A stretch of DNA of 59,075 nucleotides, counting the filler. It is 6 parts of 6 records of this genome, joined end to end, with 100 filler letters (N's around TTAATTAATTAA, not from the genome) between each part and the next. Parts side by side here need not be neighbours in the genome. Positions count along the whole stretch, not along the records: positions 42,256 to 59,075 come from SRR31156797_17274; 5 more parts are not named here. One strand, written 5' to 3'. Positions within the stretch are counted from its first letter, which is position 1, and every line of letters starts with the position of its first letter. Of this stretch, positions 47,229 to 55,632 are shown one piece after another. Position numbers and translations under genes: made by a program. The notes beneath the pieces are model-generated. The model had not been told where the DNA came from. It searched no databases and worked only from the letters and a program-made list of their open reading frames with translations.

Positions 47229-48791
47229 CTATTCCCTCACATAGGTGCTATAGGCTTCCTGGTTGATGGAGATGGCCCGGTCTATACCGCGTTCCTTCAG
47301 TCTCTGGAGGTATTCGGGATAGGTTTTCTCGAAGTCGGCGCTGCCGATCATCCACTTCTGGATCATCTCCAGGGTGTAATTCTTCACTTGGCTCATGATC
47401 TTCAGGTACTCCTTTTCCTGTTCTGGGGTGTACTTGAGATAGAGCTCCCCCTCATTCTGAGGAATCACCCGATTAACATAGCCTCCGTCAATATAGCTTT
47501 GCATACCGTCTGCGGCGATCTGGTTCAGCCAAGCCTTTTCATAGGCGAAGTCCTGGAGCATTCCGATCCTGTACTGAACGCCGAAACTTCTCAGGGTGGC
47601 CAGAGCGGTCTTATCGGAGTGCATCACCTTATCGGTGTAGACGGGCTTGCCGTCCACCAGATCATAGGTATCCCCCTCGATTCCGTAGTTGATCAGCTTG
47701 TGGCCCTCGGGTGTGAAGAAGTAGTTGAAGAGCTTCATAACCGTGGCGGGATCCTCACAGGAGGCGGAGATTCCCCATCCAGGGACGTGGTTTCGAGCAG
47801 TTTTCTCCTTGCGCTCTCCCTTCTGGTTCACAACGGGAGCCATGGGGAGGAACTCGAAACCTTCGATCTGACCGGCCAGCTTGGTGTTGTAGTTGGCGGT
47901 GCTGCCGAACCAGTCGTGGGTGAAGCCTCCCAGGTTCTGACCCAGAAGGGCGTCCCTGGCTCCCAGCCCCCTGGTGAAGATCTCAGGGTCGATCAGACCC
48001 TCGGAATACCACTGACTCATGGTGGTCATGGCCAGTCGGAACTCCTCTTCCATGGGGCCGTAGACGACCTTGCCGTTCTTGAGATCGAACTCACTGGAGG
48101 CGTCCCAGATATAGAACAGGTTCCAGAGGTTGCCGTTGGGATTGCGGCGGAAGAAGGGAACCTCGTCGGCCAGTCCGTTGCCGTTGGGGTCCTGGGTCTT
48201 AAAGGCCTTGAGAACCGTATAGAGCTCGTCCAGGTTCTGAGGGACCTCGAGATTCAGCTTTTTCAGCCAGTCGGTCCGGATGTAGTACCCCATAGCGACC
48301 TCCACCTCCATAAATTTGGGGATGAAGTAGATATTGCCGTCCAGGGAGGTGGCGGCCTTCTTGTAGTCGGGGTTTTCATCCAGGAGTTTCTGGATATCGG
48401 GGGCATGCTCGGCAATCAGGTCGTTCAGGGGAATCAGGCCTCCCTCACGTCCCAGGGATTCCAGCTTGGACATATCCAGATAGCCGATGATATCGGGCAG
48501 ATCCCCCGAGGTGACCATGAGGTTGAAGGCCGAACGCTCGTCTGAGGCGCTTTGAGAGGCCACGCCTTTCAGACTGATATTGGTATTCTCCGCCACCTTC
48601 TGGAAGACAGGCCATTCGGGATTGAAGGGCATGTTGTTGAAGATGTTAAAGTAGGTGAATTCCACCGGCTTGGCCGAGATCCGACTTCCTGAGACTTCCT
48701 TGCCGCGGGAGCTCTCTTTCTGAGCGCCGCATCCGGCCAGAAGGGCTCCCGTCAGCAGGAGCAGGGCCGTCGCTTTTACTGTCGCTTTCAT
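47229..48791 (-). CDS. ABC transporter solute-binding lipoprotein (AlgQ/LplA-type, uronic acid oligosaccharides)
   Basis: Lipobox LAGC; FNLMVTSGDLPDII, IRTDWLKKLNLEVP, DPNGNGLADEVP (Ca loop), WYSEGLIDPEIFTR. Confidence 0.92.
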   Translation of the reverse strand: MKATVKATALLLLTGALLAGCGAQKESSRGKEVSGSRISAKPVEFTYFNIFNNMPFNPEWPVFQKVAENTNISLKGVASQSASDERSAFNLMVTSGDLPDIIGYLDMSKLESLGREGGLIPLNDLIAEHAPDIQKLLDENPDYKKAATSLDGNIYFIPKFMEVEVAMGYYIRTDWLKKLNLEVPQNLDELYTVLKAFKTQDPNGNGLADEVPFFRRNPNGNLWNLFYIWDASSEFDLKNGKVVYGPMEEEFRLAMTTMSQWYSEGLIDPEIFTRGLGARDALLGQNLGGFTHDWFGSTANYNTKLAGQIEGFEFLPMAPVVNQKGERKEKTARNHVPGWGISASCEDPATVMKLFNYFFTPEGHKLINYGIEGDTYDLVDGKPVYTDKVMHSDKTALATLRSFGVQYRIGMLQDFAYEKAWLNQIAADGMQSYIDGGYVNRVIPQNEGELYLKYTPEQEKEYLKIMSQVKNYTLEMIQKWMIGSADFEKTYPEYLQRLKERGIDRAISINQEAYSTYVRE

Positions 48792-48809
48792 GTTTTATTT
48801 CTCCTTTTA

Positions 48810-48834
48810 TATCCCGTCCCCGAAGGGATGGATA
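48810..48834 (-). other. cUUCGg stem-loop between permease and SBP genes
   Basis: Minus strand TATCCATCCC-TTCG-GGGACGGGATA just upstream of the SBP RBS. Confidence 0.55.
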
Positions 48835-48848
48835 GGGTTCCGGGTTTT

Positions 48849-49745
48849 TCAGCCCTTGACCGAGCCGACCATGGCTCCTTTCTTGAAGAAGCCCTGGATA
48901 TAGGGGTAGATCACCAGCATGGGGATCACGGCGATGATGATCAGCGCGTAGATCACCGTCAGGGGTGAACTCATGGATTCGGGGGTGATCAGGGAGGCTT
49001 CGTTGGCTCCCGCCACCCGGTCTACGATCAGCTTCTTGAGCAGAACCTGCAAGGGGATCTTGGAGTCGTCCCTGAGGAAGACCATGGACCAGAAGTATCC
49101 GTTCCACCGGGAAACGGCATAGAACATGCCCACCGTGGCCAGGGCCGGTTTGGAAAGGGGCAGGTAGATCCGCGCGAAGATATGCAGGCTGTTGGCTCCG
49201 TCCATAAAGGCCGCTTCCTCCAGAGACGCGGGGACCGACTCGAAGAAGGTCTTCATGATCATCAGGTTGTAGGTGTTGACCGCAAAGGCCAGGAGGATGG
49301 CGGCGCGGGTATCCATCATGTTCAGGGAAACCACGTTCAGAAAGAAGGGGATGGTCCCCGCCCTGAACCAAAGGGTCACCACGGCCATAAGGGTGAAGAA
49401 GCGTTTGAAAAGCAGCCTCTCCTTGGAAAGCACGTAGGCTCCCGTGGCGGTGAAAAACATGTTCACCAGAGTACCGATGATGGTGTAGTAGAAGGTATTG
49501 GCATAGGCCGTCCAGAGCCCGGGGATCGCCAGCGCTTTCCGGAAAGACGCCAGTGTGAAGCCTGCCGGGAGGACAGTCACATCCCCTGTGAGTATGAAAT
49601 AGGGGCGGCTCACGGAGGCGATCACGATATAGTAGAGGGGATAGAGAACCACCACAGTCAATAGGACGCAGAGAGCTGCGTTGACAGTGTTGAAGATTTT
49701 TTCACCCGTGGATTCGGTATGCAGTTTTGTCTTTTTCCGTATCAT
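48849..49745 (-). CDS. Carbohydrate ABC permease (LplC/MalG-like)
   Basis: EAA loop SLEEAAFMDGAN, LPLSKPALAT, YPYIQGFFKKGAMVGSVKG. Confidence 0.94.
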   Translation of the reverse strand: MIRKKTKLHTESTGEKIFNTVNAALCVLLTVVVLYPLYYIVIASVSRPYFILTGDVTVLPAGFTLASFRKALAIPGLWTAYANTFYYTIIGTLVNMFFTATGAYVLSKERLLFKRFFTLMAVVTLWFRAGTIPFFLNVVSLNMMDTRAAILLAFAVNTYNLMIMKTFFESVPASLEEAAFMDGANSLHIFARIYLPLSKPALATVGMFYAVSRWNGYFWSMVFLRDDSKIPLQVLLKKLIVDRVAGANEASLITPESMSSPLTVIYALIIIAVIPMLVIYPYIQGFFKKGAMVGSVKG

Positions 49746-49756
49746 CAGAGGGCCTC

Positions 49757-50689
49757 CTACCACAGTCCGTTTTCCGTTATCTTTTTGCTGATGGCGTTGG
49801 ACATCAGCACCAGGATCAGGGCTATGATCGCTTCGAAGAGTCCCGCCGCCGTGGCCAGGCCGAACTGTTGCTGTTGGATCCCCATTCTGTAAGCGAATGT
49901 GCTGATCACATCGGCGGTTTCAAAGGTCGCCGGCTGATAGAGGAGGATGATCGATTCGAATCCTATCTGAATCATCTTTCCTATGTTCAGGACGAACATG
50001 ACCACAATGGTCGGCAGAATGCAGGGGATGGTGACATGGACCATCTGGTACCACTTGCCGGCCCCGTCCACCCGGGCCGCCTCGTAGAGCTGCTGGTCTA
50101 TGCCTGCCAGGGCCGCAATGTAGACGATGGCGTTGAATCCCGTCTCCCGCCAGATCAGCATGGAGGTGTAGATCCCGCGGAAGTACCCGGGCTTAACCAT
50201 GAAATAGACGGACTCTCCTCCGGCCTTCTGGATAAGGGTGTTGACGATACCTGTTCCGGGAGAGAGAAAGTTCACCACCATACCGCAGACGACGACAATG
50301 GAGATAAAGTAGGGAAGAAAGGACACGGTTTGCACCGTCTTCTTCAGCCATTTGACCCGCAGTTCGTTGATCATCAGGGCGAGGACGATGGATGCGGGAA
50401 AGGCGAAGACTATGCGATACAAGGTAATAAAAAGGGTGTTCCTTATGGTACGCAGAAAGTCTTCGCTACCCATAAAGTCTCTGAAGTTTTGGAGGCCTAT
50501 CCAGTCGCTACCGCCCATGCCTTTGAAAACGCTATAATCCTGAAAGGCTATCAGTAATCCGCCCATGGGTTTATATGCAAATAGGATATACCATATGAAC
50601 ATGGGCAGAAGGAGCAGGTAGAGGGTCCAATCCTGCCTTATGGTTTTGCCGCAGCTCTTAATTGTTACGGTAAGACCTTGCTGATTCAT
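49757..50689 (-). CDS. Carbohydrate ABC permease (LplB/MalF-like)
   Basis: QTVSFLPYFIS, LYEAARVDGAGKW, ADVISTFAYRMG; ATG 50689 with GGAGG RBS. Confidence 0.94.
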   Translation of the reverse strand: MNQQGLTVTIKSCGKTIRQDWTLYLLLLPMFIWYILFAYKPMGGLLIAFQDYSVFKGMGGSDWIGLQNFRDFMGSEDFLRTIRNTLFITLYRIVFAFPASIVLALMINELRVKWLKKTVQTVSFLPYFISIVVVCGMVVNFLSPGTGIVNTLIQKAGGESVYFMVKPGYFRGIYTSMLIWRETGFNAIVYIAALAGIDQQLYEAARVDGAGKWYQMVHVTIPCILPTIVVMFVLNIGKMIQIGFESIILLYQPATFETADVISTFAYRMGIQQQQFGLATAAGLFEAIIALILVLMSNAISKKITENGLW

Positions 50690-50746
50690 TCGTTCCTCCG
50701 TATTGTTTGTAACAAATCGAACACTCTGAAAATGGGAGCCTTCTGT

Positions 50747-50775
50747 AGGATAAGGGGGGGGTGGGAATCTGTAAA
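50747..50775 (-). promoter_or_regulatory. Candidate sigma70 promoter of the ABC-sulfatase operon
   Basis: Minus strand TTTACA (50775-50770), 17-nt spacer containing C8, TATCCT (50752-50747). Confidence 0.6.
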
Positions 50776-50778
50776 TTG

Positions 50779-50853
50779 TCATTTTTCAACAGATCGTCAA
50801 TAGTACATAAATGCCCGTCGGAGGATGGGAATGGGGCATCATCATTTTTCAAC
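50779..50853. promoter_or_regulatory. 12-bp direct repeats, candidate activator sites
   Basis: TCATTTTTCAAC at 50779-50790 and 50842-50853 (63-bp period), the first abutting the -35 element. Confidence 0.5.
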
Positions 50854-51089
50854 GTATGTGCAAAAAGCAATCCTTCTGCGGGATGCCCGGTTCTATTGCA
50901 TAAATGTTAATGAGTAAAGAATATAGACCTTGGATCTGTGAGATTACATGCCCTCGGTACACCCCTTTTTCCCGCCTGTGCAAGCGGGGCGCCGACCCTC
51001 TGTTCCGGGGAAAAAACAATAAGCTTGTTTTAGATGGAATATCGTTGTATTGTTGTATGCAATAAATTGAAAATGAAGGATGTATAGCT

Positions 51090-52097
51090 ATGAAAATGAC
51101 CTCCTTAATTATCATGACTCCTGACCAGCTGGACAATATCTTCGGTCCCGATCAGATCCGCCAGATCGAAGAACTGACCGATCTGCTTCATCCGCCCTTA
51201 AGCGCCGCAGAGGCTCTTGAACGGCCTGATCTGCTGTTCCGGGTACGGGTCATCTTCGGCGGATGGGGGACGGTCTGCGCCGACAGAGCCTTTCTGGAAC
51301 GGTGTCCCGAGCTGCAGGCCTTTTTCTATGCCGCGGGCTCTATCCGTCAGATCGTGACCCCTGCCTTTTGGGAACGGAATATCCTTATCACATCCGCCTA
51401 CCAGCTGAACGCCCTGCCCGTGGCGGAGTTCTGCTTTGCCCAGATCATCCTCGCCCTGAAAAAGGCTCCCCAGATTAGCCGCATCTGCCGGGAGGAGGGC
51501 AGCTGGCGGGCCGGGAAGGAGCGCGATCGGTCTATTCCCGGCTGCTATAAAAGCACTGTGGGTCTTGTTTCCCTGGGGATGATCGGGTGTATGGTCCTCG
51601 ACTTCCTGGGAGCCCTGGACGTGGAGGTCCTGGTCTATGACATAAACCGGGATGAGGAGCTGGCCGGAGAGAAGGGATTCCGCTACTGCTCCCTGGAGGA
51701 TCTTTTCGCACAGAGCGACGTGGTCTCCTTGCATACCGCCCATATCCCGGCTACCGTAGGGATGATTTCCCGGGAGCTTCTGAGCTCCATGAAGGAGGGG
51801 GCTTCCCTGATAAACACCGCCCGCGGAGCTATTGTGGATGAGCCTGGCCTGGCTGCGGTATTGATGGAGCGTCCTGATCTGAGCGCCTTTCTCGACGTCC
51901 TGACTACCGAGCCTCCGGAAAAGGACAATCCCCTCCTCTCTCTGTCCAATGCCTATCTGACTCCCCATATAGCCGGTTCCCAGATGACCGAGTGCCGCCG
52001 CATGGGGGATCATGCCATAGAGGAGTGCCGTCGTTTTCTACAGGGGGATGAGCCCCGCTGCGCCGTAAATGAAGCCATGATGATGACCATGGCCTGA
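51090..52097 (+). CDS. D-isomer-specific 2-hydroxyacid dehydrogenase
   Basis: GLVSLGMIG, DVVSLH, LINTARGAIVDE, LDVLTTEP, TPHIAG. Confidence 0.93.
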   Translation: MKMTSLIIMTPDQLDNIFGPDQIRQIEELTDLLHPPLSAAEALERPDLLFRVRVIFGGWGTVCADRAFLERCPELQAFFYAAGSIRQIVTPAFWERNILITSAYQLNALPVAEFCFAQIILALKKAPQISRICREEGSWRAGKERDRSIPGCYKSTVGLVSLGMIGCMVLDFLGALDVEVLVYDINRDEELAGEKGFRYCSLEDLFAQSDVVSLHTAHIPATVGMISRELLSSMKEGASLINTARGAIVDEPGLAAVLMERPDLSAFLDVLTTEPPEKDNPLLSLSNAYLTPHIAGSQMTECRRMGDHAIEECRRFLQGDEPRCAVNEAMMMTMA

Positions 52098-52108
52098 GGG
52101 AGAAAGAA

Positions 52109-52891
52109 GTGATTATACCCGGATTGTGTTCCATATCCTTCAGGAAGATGAAGGTTGAACAGATTCTCGAGCTCTGCGAAAGATGGGAGCTCGCTGCTGT
52201 GGAGTGGGGAGGGGACATCCATCTGCCCCACGGAGACTTGAAAGGGGCCGAAAGGCTGCGCGGGCTCTGCGGTCGGGCGGAGATCCGCTGCCCTTCCTAC
52301 GGCTCCTACTACAGGGTGGGCGAGAGCGAAGCGGCGGGGCTTCCCTTTTCGGCCGTCCTGGAGACTGCCGCCGTCCTGGGTTGCGAAACCGTCCGTGTCT
52401 GGGCGGGGAGCCGGGGGCCGGAGGAGGCTGACCGTGATTACTATGCCGCAGTGGCGGACGACGGCCGGCGGATTGCGGATCTGGCTTCGGAGAAGGACAT
52501 GACGGTTTCCTTTGAATACCACGGGCATAGCCTCACCGAAACCCCGGCTTCCCTGCGTCTTCTGGACGAAGGGATCGCCCATCCGGCTATACGTTACTAC
52601 TGGCAGCCCCCCCACGGGTTATCCGACCGGGCCTGTCTGGACTCACTGAGAGCCCTGGGACCGAAGCTGACCAACCTTCATGTGTTTCACTGGCTTCCCT
52701 CCGCCGGGGAGGAGCACGATCGCCGCCCCCTCGAGGAAGGAGCCGCCCGCTGGAAGCGTTTTCTGCGGGCCGCCGGAGAGATGGAGGGAAGGACGGAGCG
52801 TTACGCCTTTCTGGAATTTGCCAGGAACGACGATCCCGCTCAGATGTGCCTGGACTCGGCCGTACTTAAGGAACTGTCCGGCGGGATCTGA
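52109..52891 (+). CDS. Sugar phosphate isomerase/epimerase, xylose-isomerase-like TIM barrel
   Basis: GLCSISFR, EWGGDIH, SYGSYYR, VRVWAG, FEYHGHSLTE, YWQP, NLHVFHW, FLEF. Confidence 0.88.
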   Translation: MIIPGLCSISFRKMKVEQILELCERWELAAVEWGGDIHLPHGDLKGAERLRGLCGRAEIRCPSYGSYYRVGESEAAGLPFSAVLETAAVLGCETVRVWAGSRGPEEADRDYYAAVADDGRRIADLASEKDMTVSFEYHGHSLTETPASLRLLDEGIAHPAIRYYWQPPHGLSDRACLDSLRALGPKLTNLHVFHWLPSAGEEHDRRPLEEGAARWKRFLRAAGEMEGRTERYAFLEFARNDDPAQMCLDSAVLKELSGGI

Positions 52892-53156
52892 GCGGGACGG
52901 ATTAAGGCTGTGGCGGATGAGCCGGTCAGGAGATTGCGCTTTCCCGACCTCCATGCTTCTTCCCGGGGCGGGCTGCCGTCCGGGAGTGGAATATGCTTCC
53001 TTCAAGTTTGTGTCTCGCAGACGATCATATGATTCTTCCTTCATAGCCGGGAGCTCTGCCCTTTCTTTCGGGGCATTGATCAGAATCGCCGGGAATATTG
53101 ATGAGAGCTGCCGGAGCATGAAGGGGAAGACGCTGGAAACGAGGCTTCAGGCTCTT

Positions 53157-54134
53157 TCATCCCTCGTTGATCATAAGCTCGGGCTCATGGACCAGGCTGA
53201 TGGACTCCCTCTCCCCTTTTATAAGCTGCAATAGGGCCTCCGCCGCGTCCCTGTAGATGGTCCTGATGCCGATCTCGATGGAAGCGGGCTTCCGGTCCAG
53301 CACCAGCAGCTCCGTGCTGTTGTCATACCCGATAAGGGGGAAGAGCCTCTGGATATCGTAGTTCCTGCGGAACATCCTGGTGACCGTTTTGACCAGGGTC
53401 ATGTCGTTGACGAAGGCGATGCCGTCTATCTCTTCCCCTTCTACCAGGGTCAGAAGCTCCTTCTTTATCTCTCCTGTGTCTGAAGAGTTTATGATGCGGG
53501 CCTCGGGATAGATACTGAGAAATCCCTTCTTTCTCAGGGAGTGGGAGAAGGGATCCTCTTCGTCCAGGATATAGACCGGCCTGCTGCAGCCGCAGTTCTT
53601 CAGATAGCGGCCCTGCAGCTCTCCTCCGCCCAGATTGTCCGTGGCCGAGTGGTTGTAGTCGGCCAGATGGATGGAACGGTGACAGAGCACATAGGGGATT
53701 TTCCATTCGGCGATGTAGGCGGACTCCTCTTCGTTCACAAAGTCGAAGACCAGTATGCCGTCGCAGTGGTCTCTGACCTCCGACTCCTTCAGGGAGAAGA
53801 CGGAGTTGACCTGTTTTATTTCGAATATGTAGGGATGGTCCTCAAAGAAGGAGGTCAGGGAGAGGATGGCCTCGGTGAAGATCCAGTAGTTTCTTTTTAC
53901 ATTGGTCCAGTAATCCCCTTCGCCCCGTTTGACATAGAGGAGGAGGATCGTATTGGTTCCCCTTCTTCTCAGGGCGCTGGCGTTCTTATCCGGTTTGTAG
54001 CCCATGGACTCGGCCACATCCATGATCTTCCGCCTGGTGGCGGCGGAGACCTTGTGGGGATTGCTGAACGCCCTGGATACGGTGGCCTGGGAGACTCCTG
54101 CTATTTTCGCTATAAGATAACTGTCGACCTTCAT
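53157..54134 (-). CDS. LacI-family transcriptional regulator
   Basis: IAKIAGVSQATVSRAF...GYKPDKNASALR HTH and hinge; C-terminal LIGYDN. Confidence 0.93.
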   Translation of the reverse strand: MKVDSYLIAKIAGVSQATVSRAFSNPHKVSAATRRKIMDVAESMGYKPDKNASALRRRGTNTILLLYVKRGEGDYWTNVKRNYWIFTEAILSLTSFFEDHPYIFEIKQVNSVFSLKESEVRDHCDGILVFDFVNEEESAYIAEWKIPYVLCHRSIHLADYNHSATDNLGGGELQGRYLKNCGCSRPVYILDEEDPFSHSLRKKGFLSIYPEARIINSSDTGEIKKELLTLVEGEEIDGIAFVNDMTLVKTVTRMFRRNYDIQRLFPLIGYDNSTELLVLDRKPASIEIGIRTIYRDAAEALLQLIKGERESISLVHEPELMINEG

Positions 54135-54153
54135 GTTGATCCTTGTTTGTCGC

Positions 54154-54167
54154 TACATTCGAATGCA
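54154..54167. promoter_or_regulatory. LacI-type operator, copy near lacI start
   Basis: TACATTCGAATGCA, one mismatch from the palindrome at 54265-54278. Confidence 0.75.
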
Positions 54168-54235
54168 ACTATGATCTTTCTATTACAGATATATATCATA
54201 TTTCTTTGCTGAAAGCAAATAACACTCTTTTTTTC

Positions 54236-54265
54236 TTGACAGGATTTGATGTGCAGGATTAGAAT
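54236..54265 (+). promoter_or_regulatory. sigma70 promoter of the second ABC operon
   Basis: TTGACA-18 nt-TAGAAT, about 35 nt upstream of ATG 54300. Confidence 0.7.
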
Positions 54266-54279
54266 GCATTCGAATGCAT
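54264..54279. promoter_or_regulatory. LacI-type operator, perfect 16-bp palindrome
   Basis: ATGCATTCGAATGCAT with central CG, overlapping the -10/+1 region. Confidence 0.82.
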
Positions 54280-54299
54280 AACCCTAAAAGGAGTCTTCT

Positions 54300-55571
54300 A
54301 TGAGAAAAATCATGACTGTTCTGATGACCTGTCTTCTGATTTCCCCCCTGTTCGCGGCGGGTCAGCAGGAAGCCGCAGAGAAGGGACCCGTTACCCTGAC
54401 CTTCGCCAGCTGGAGTATCCAGGAAAAAGGCGCTCAGGGCTATTTCGAAGAGCTGAAGAGCGATTTCGAAGCCGCCCATCCCGACATTAAGATTGAGTTT
54501 TCCAGCTATCCCTACGGAGAGCTGAAGAAACAGGTCCTGATCATGGCCAATGCCGGTCAGTCCCCCGATATTATCCAGTGCGCCCGCTCTTGGTATCCCA
54601 GTTTCGTATCCGGCGATTACGCTGCGGAGCTGGATTCCATTCTCGGCGCCGACTATCTGGCAGATATCTATCCCGAGATCCTGAACGATATGAAGGTGGA
54701 CGGTAAGACCTATGGAATCCCCTGGAAGGCCAGCCCTTTTGTCCTGTTCTATAACAAGGACCTTTTCAAGGCCGCCGGTCTGGATCCCGAGAAGGCCCCC
54801 TCCACATACGAAGAGGCTATGGAGTACGCCGAAAAACTGTCCGCCCTCAAGGACGCCGACGGCAACGCCGTATACGGCCTGGGTCAGACCACCGGCGCGG
54901 TTCCCGTTTCCGGCGGCGCGGTCCTCTCCATGTTCTTCAGCCACGGCGGAGGCATCATGGACGCTTCCGGCAGTGTGAATGTGATCAACGAAGGCAACAA
55001 GGCCGCTCTGGAGAACCTGGCGATGATGCATGAGAAGGGCTTCAACCCCGAGGGCGCCAAGCTGAAGGATCTGAGAAACCTCTTCGCCATCGGCAGACTG
55101 GGCATGTACTTTGATCAGCTCTGGGGCATGACAGGCGCCTACGCCATCAATCCCGATCTGAGATCCGCCGTGGGCGTATCCAATCCCTTGAGCGGCAACG
55201 GCGCGCCCGCCGGCTCCACCCTGGAGGCCCACCTGATTCTGATCAGCGAGGACTCTCCCCACAAGGACGCCGCCGGCGAGTTCATCAAGTTCGCCACCAG
55301 CCCCGCCCAGATGGCCAGGTACTACTCCATCACTCCCTTTCTGCTGCCCCGGGTCAGCCAGGTCGAGGCCGCTCCCGATTACAAGAGCGATCCCGGAATC
55401 GTTCCCGTGCTGAACTATGCCGAAACCATCCGCTCCGTTGAGAAGCACCCCGAGATGGAGAATGTATTCCTCGCCCTCACCACCGCGGCCCAGTCCGTAT
55501 CCGTCGGCGGCATGTCCTCCGACGAAGCCCTGGCGAACCTCGATAAAGAGCTCAAGGCTCTGTTAAAATAA
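54300..55571 (+). CDS. Sugar ABC transporter solute-binding protein
   Basis: Signal LISPLFAAGQQEA (spirochaete style), FEAAHPDIKIE, DGKTYGIPW, LFYNKDLFKAAGLDP. Confidence 0.93.
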   Translation: MRKIMTVLMTCLLISPLFAAGQQEAAEKGPVTLTFASWSIQEKGAQGYFEELKSDFEAAHPDIKIEFSSYPYGELKKQVLIMANAGQSPDIIQCARSWYPSFVSGDYAAELDSILGADYLADIYPEILNDMKVDGKTYGIPWKASPFVLFYNKDLFKAAGLDPEKAPSTYEEAMEYAEKLSALKDADGNAVYGLGQTTGAVPVSGGAVLSMFFSHGGGIMDASGSVNVINEGNKAALENLAMMHEKGFNPEGAKLKDLRNLFAIGRLGMYFDQLWGMTGAYAINPDLRSAVGVSNPLSGNGAPAGSTLEAHLILISEDSPHKDAAGEFIKFATSPAQMARYYSITPFLLPRVSQVEAAPDYKSDPGIVPVLNYAETIRSVEKHPEMENVFLALTTAAQSVSVGGMSSDEALANLDKELKALLK

Positions 55572-55580
55572 GTTTCTATC

Positions 55581-55604
55581 CTGGACCGCCTTCGGGCGGT
55601 TCAG
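55581..55604 (+). other. cUUCGg stem-loop after SBP gene (mRNA stabiliser/attenuator)
   Basis: CTGGACCGCC-TTCG-GGCGGTTCAG with no poly-U tail. Confidence 0.65.
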
Positions 55605-55632
55605 TCGCCACCTTGAATAAATGAGATAAGAT

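Noticed and set aside
46626-48545. 639-aa + strand ORF
   Set aside because: Antisense shadow of the SBP and sulfatase genes in GC-rich, codon-biased DNA; no recognisable motifs.
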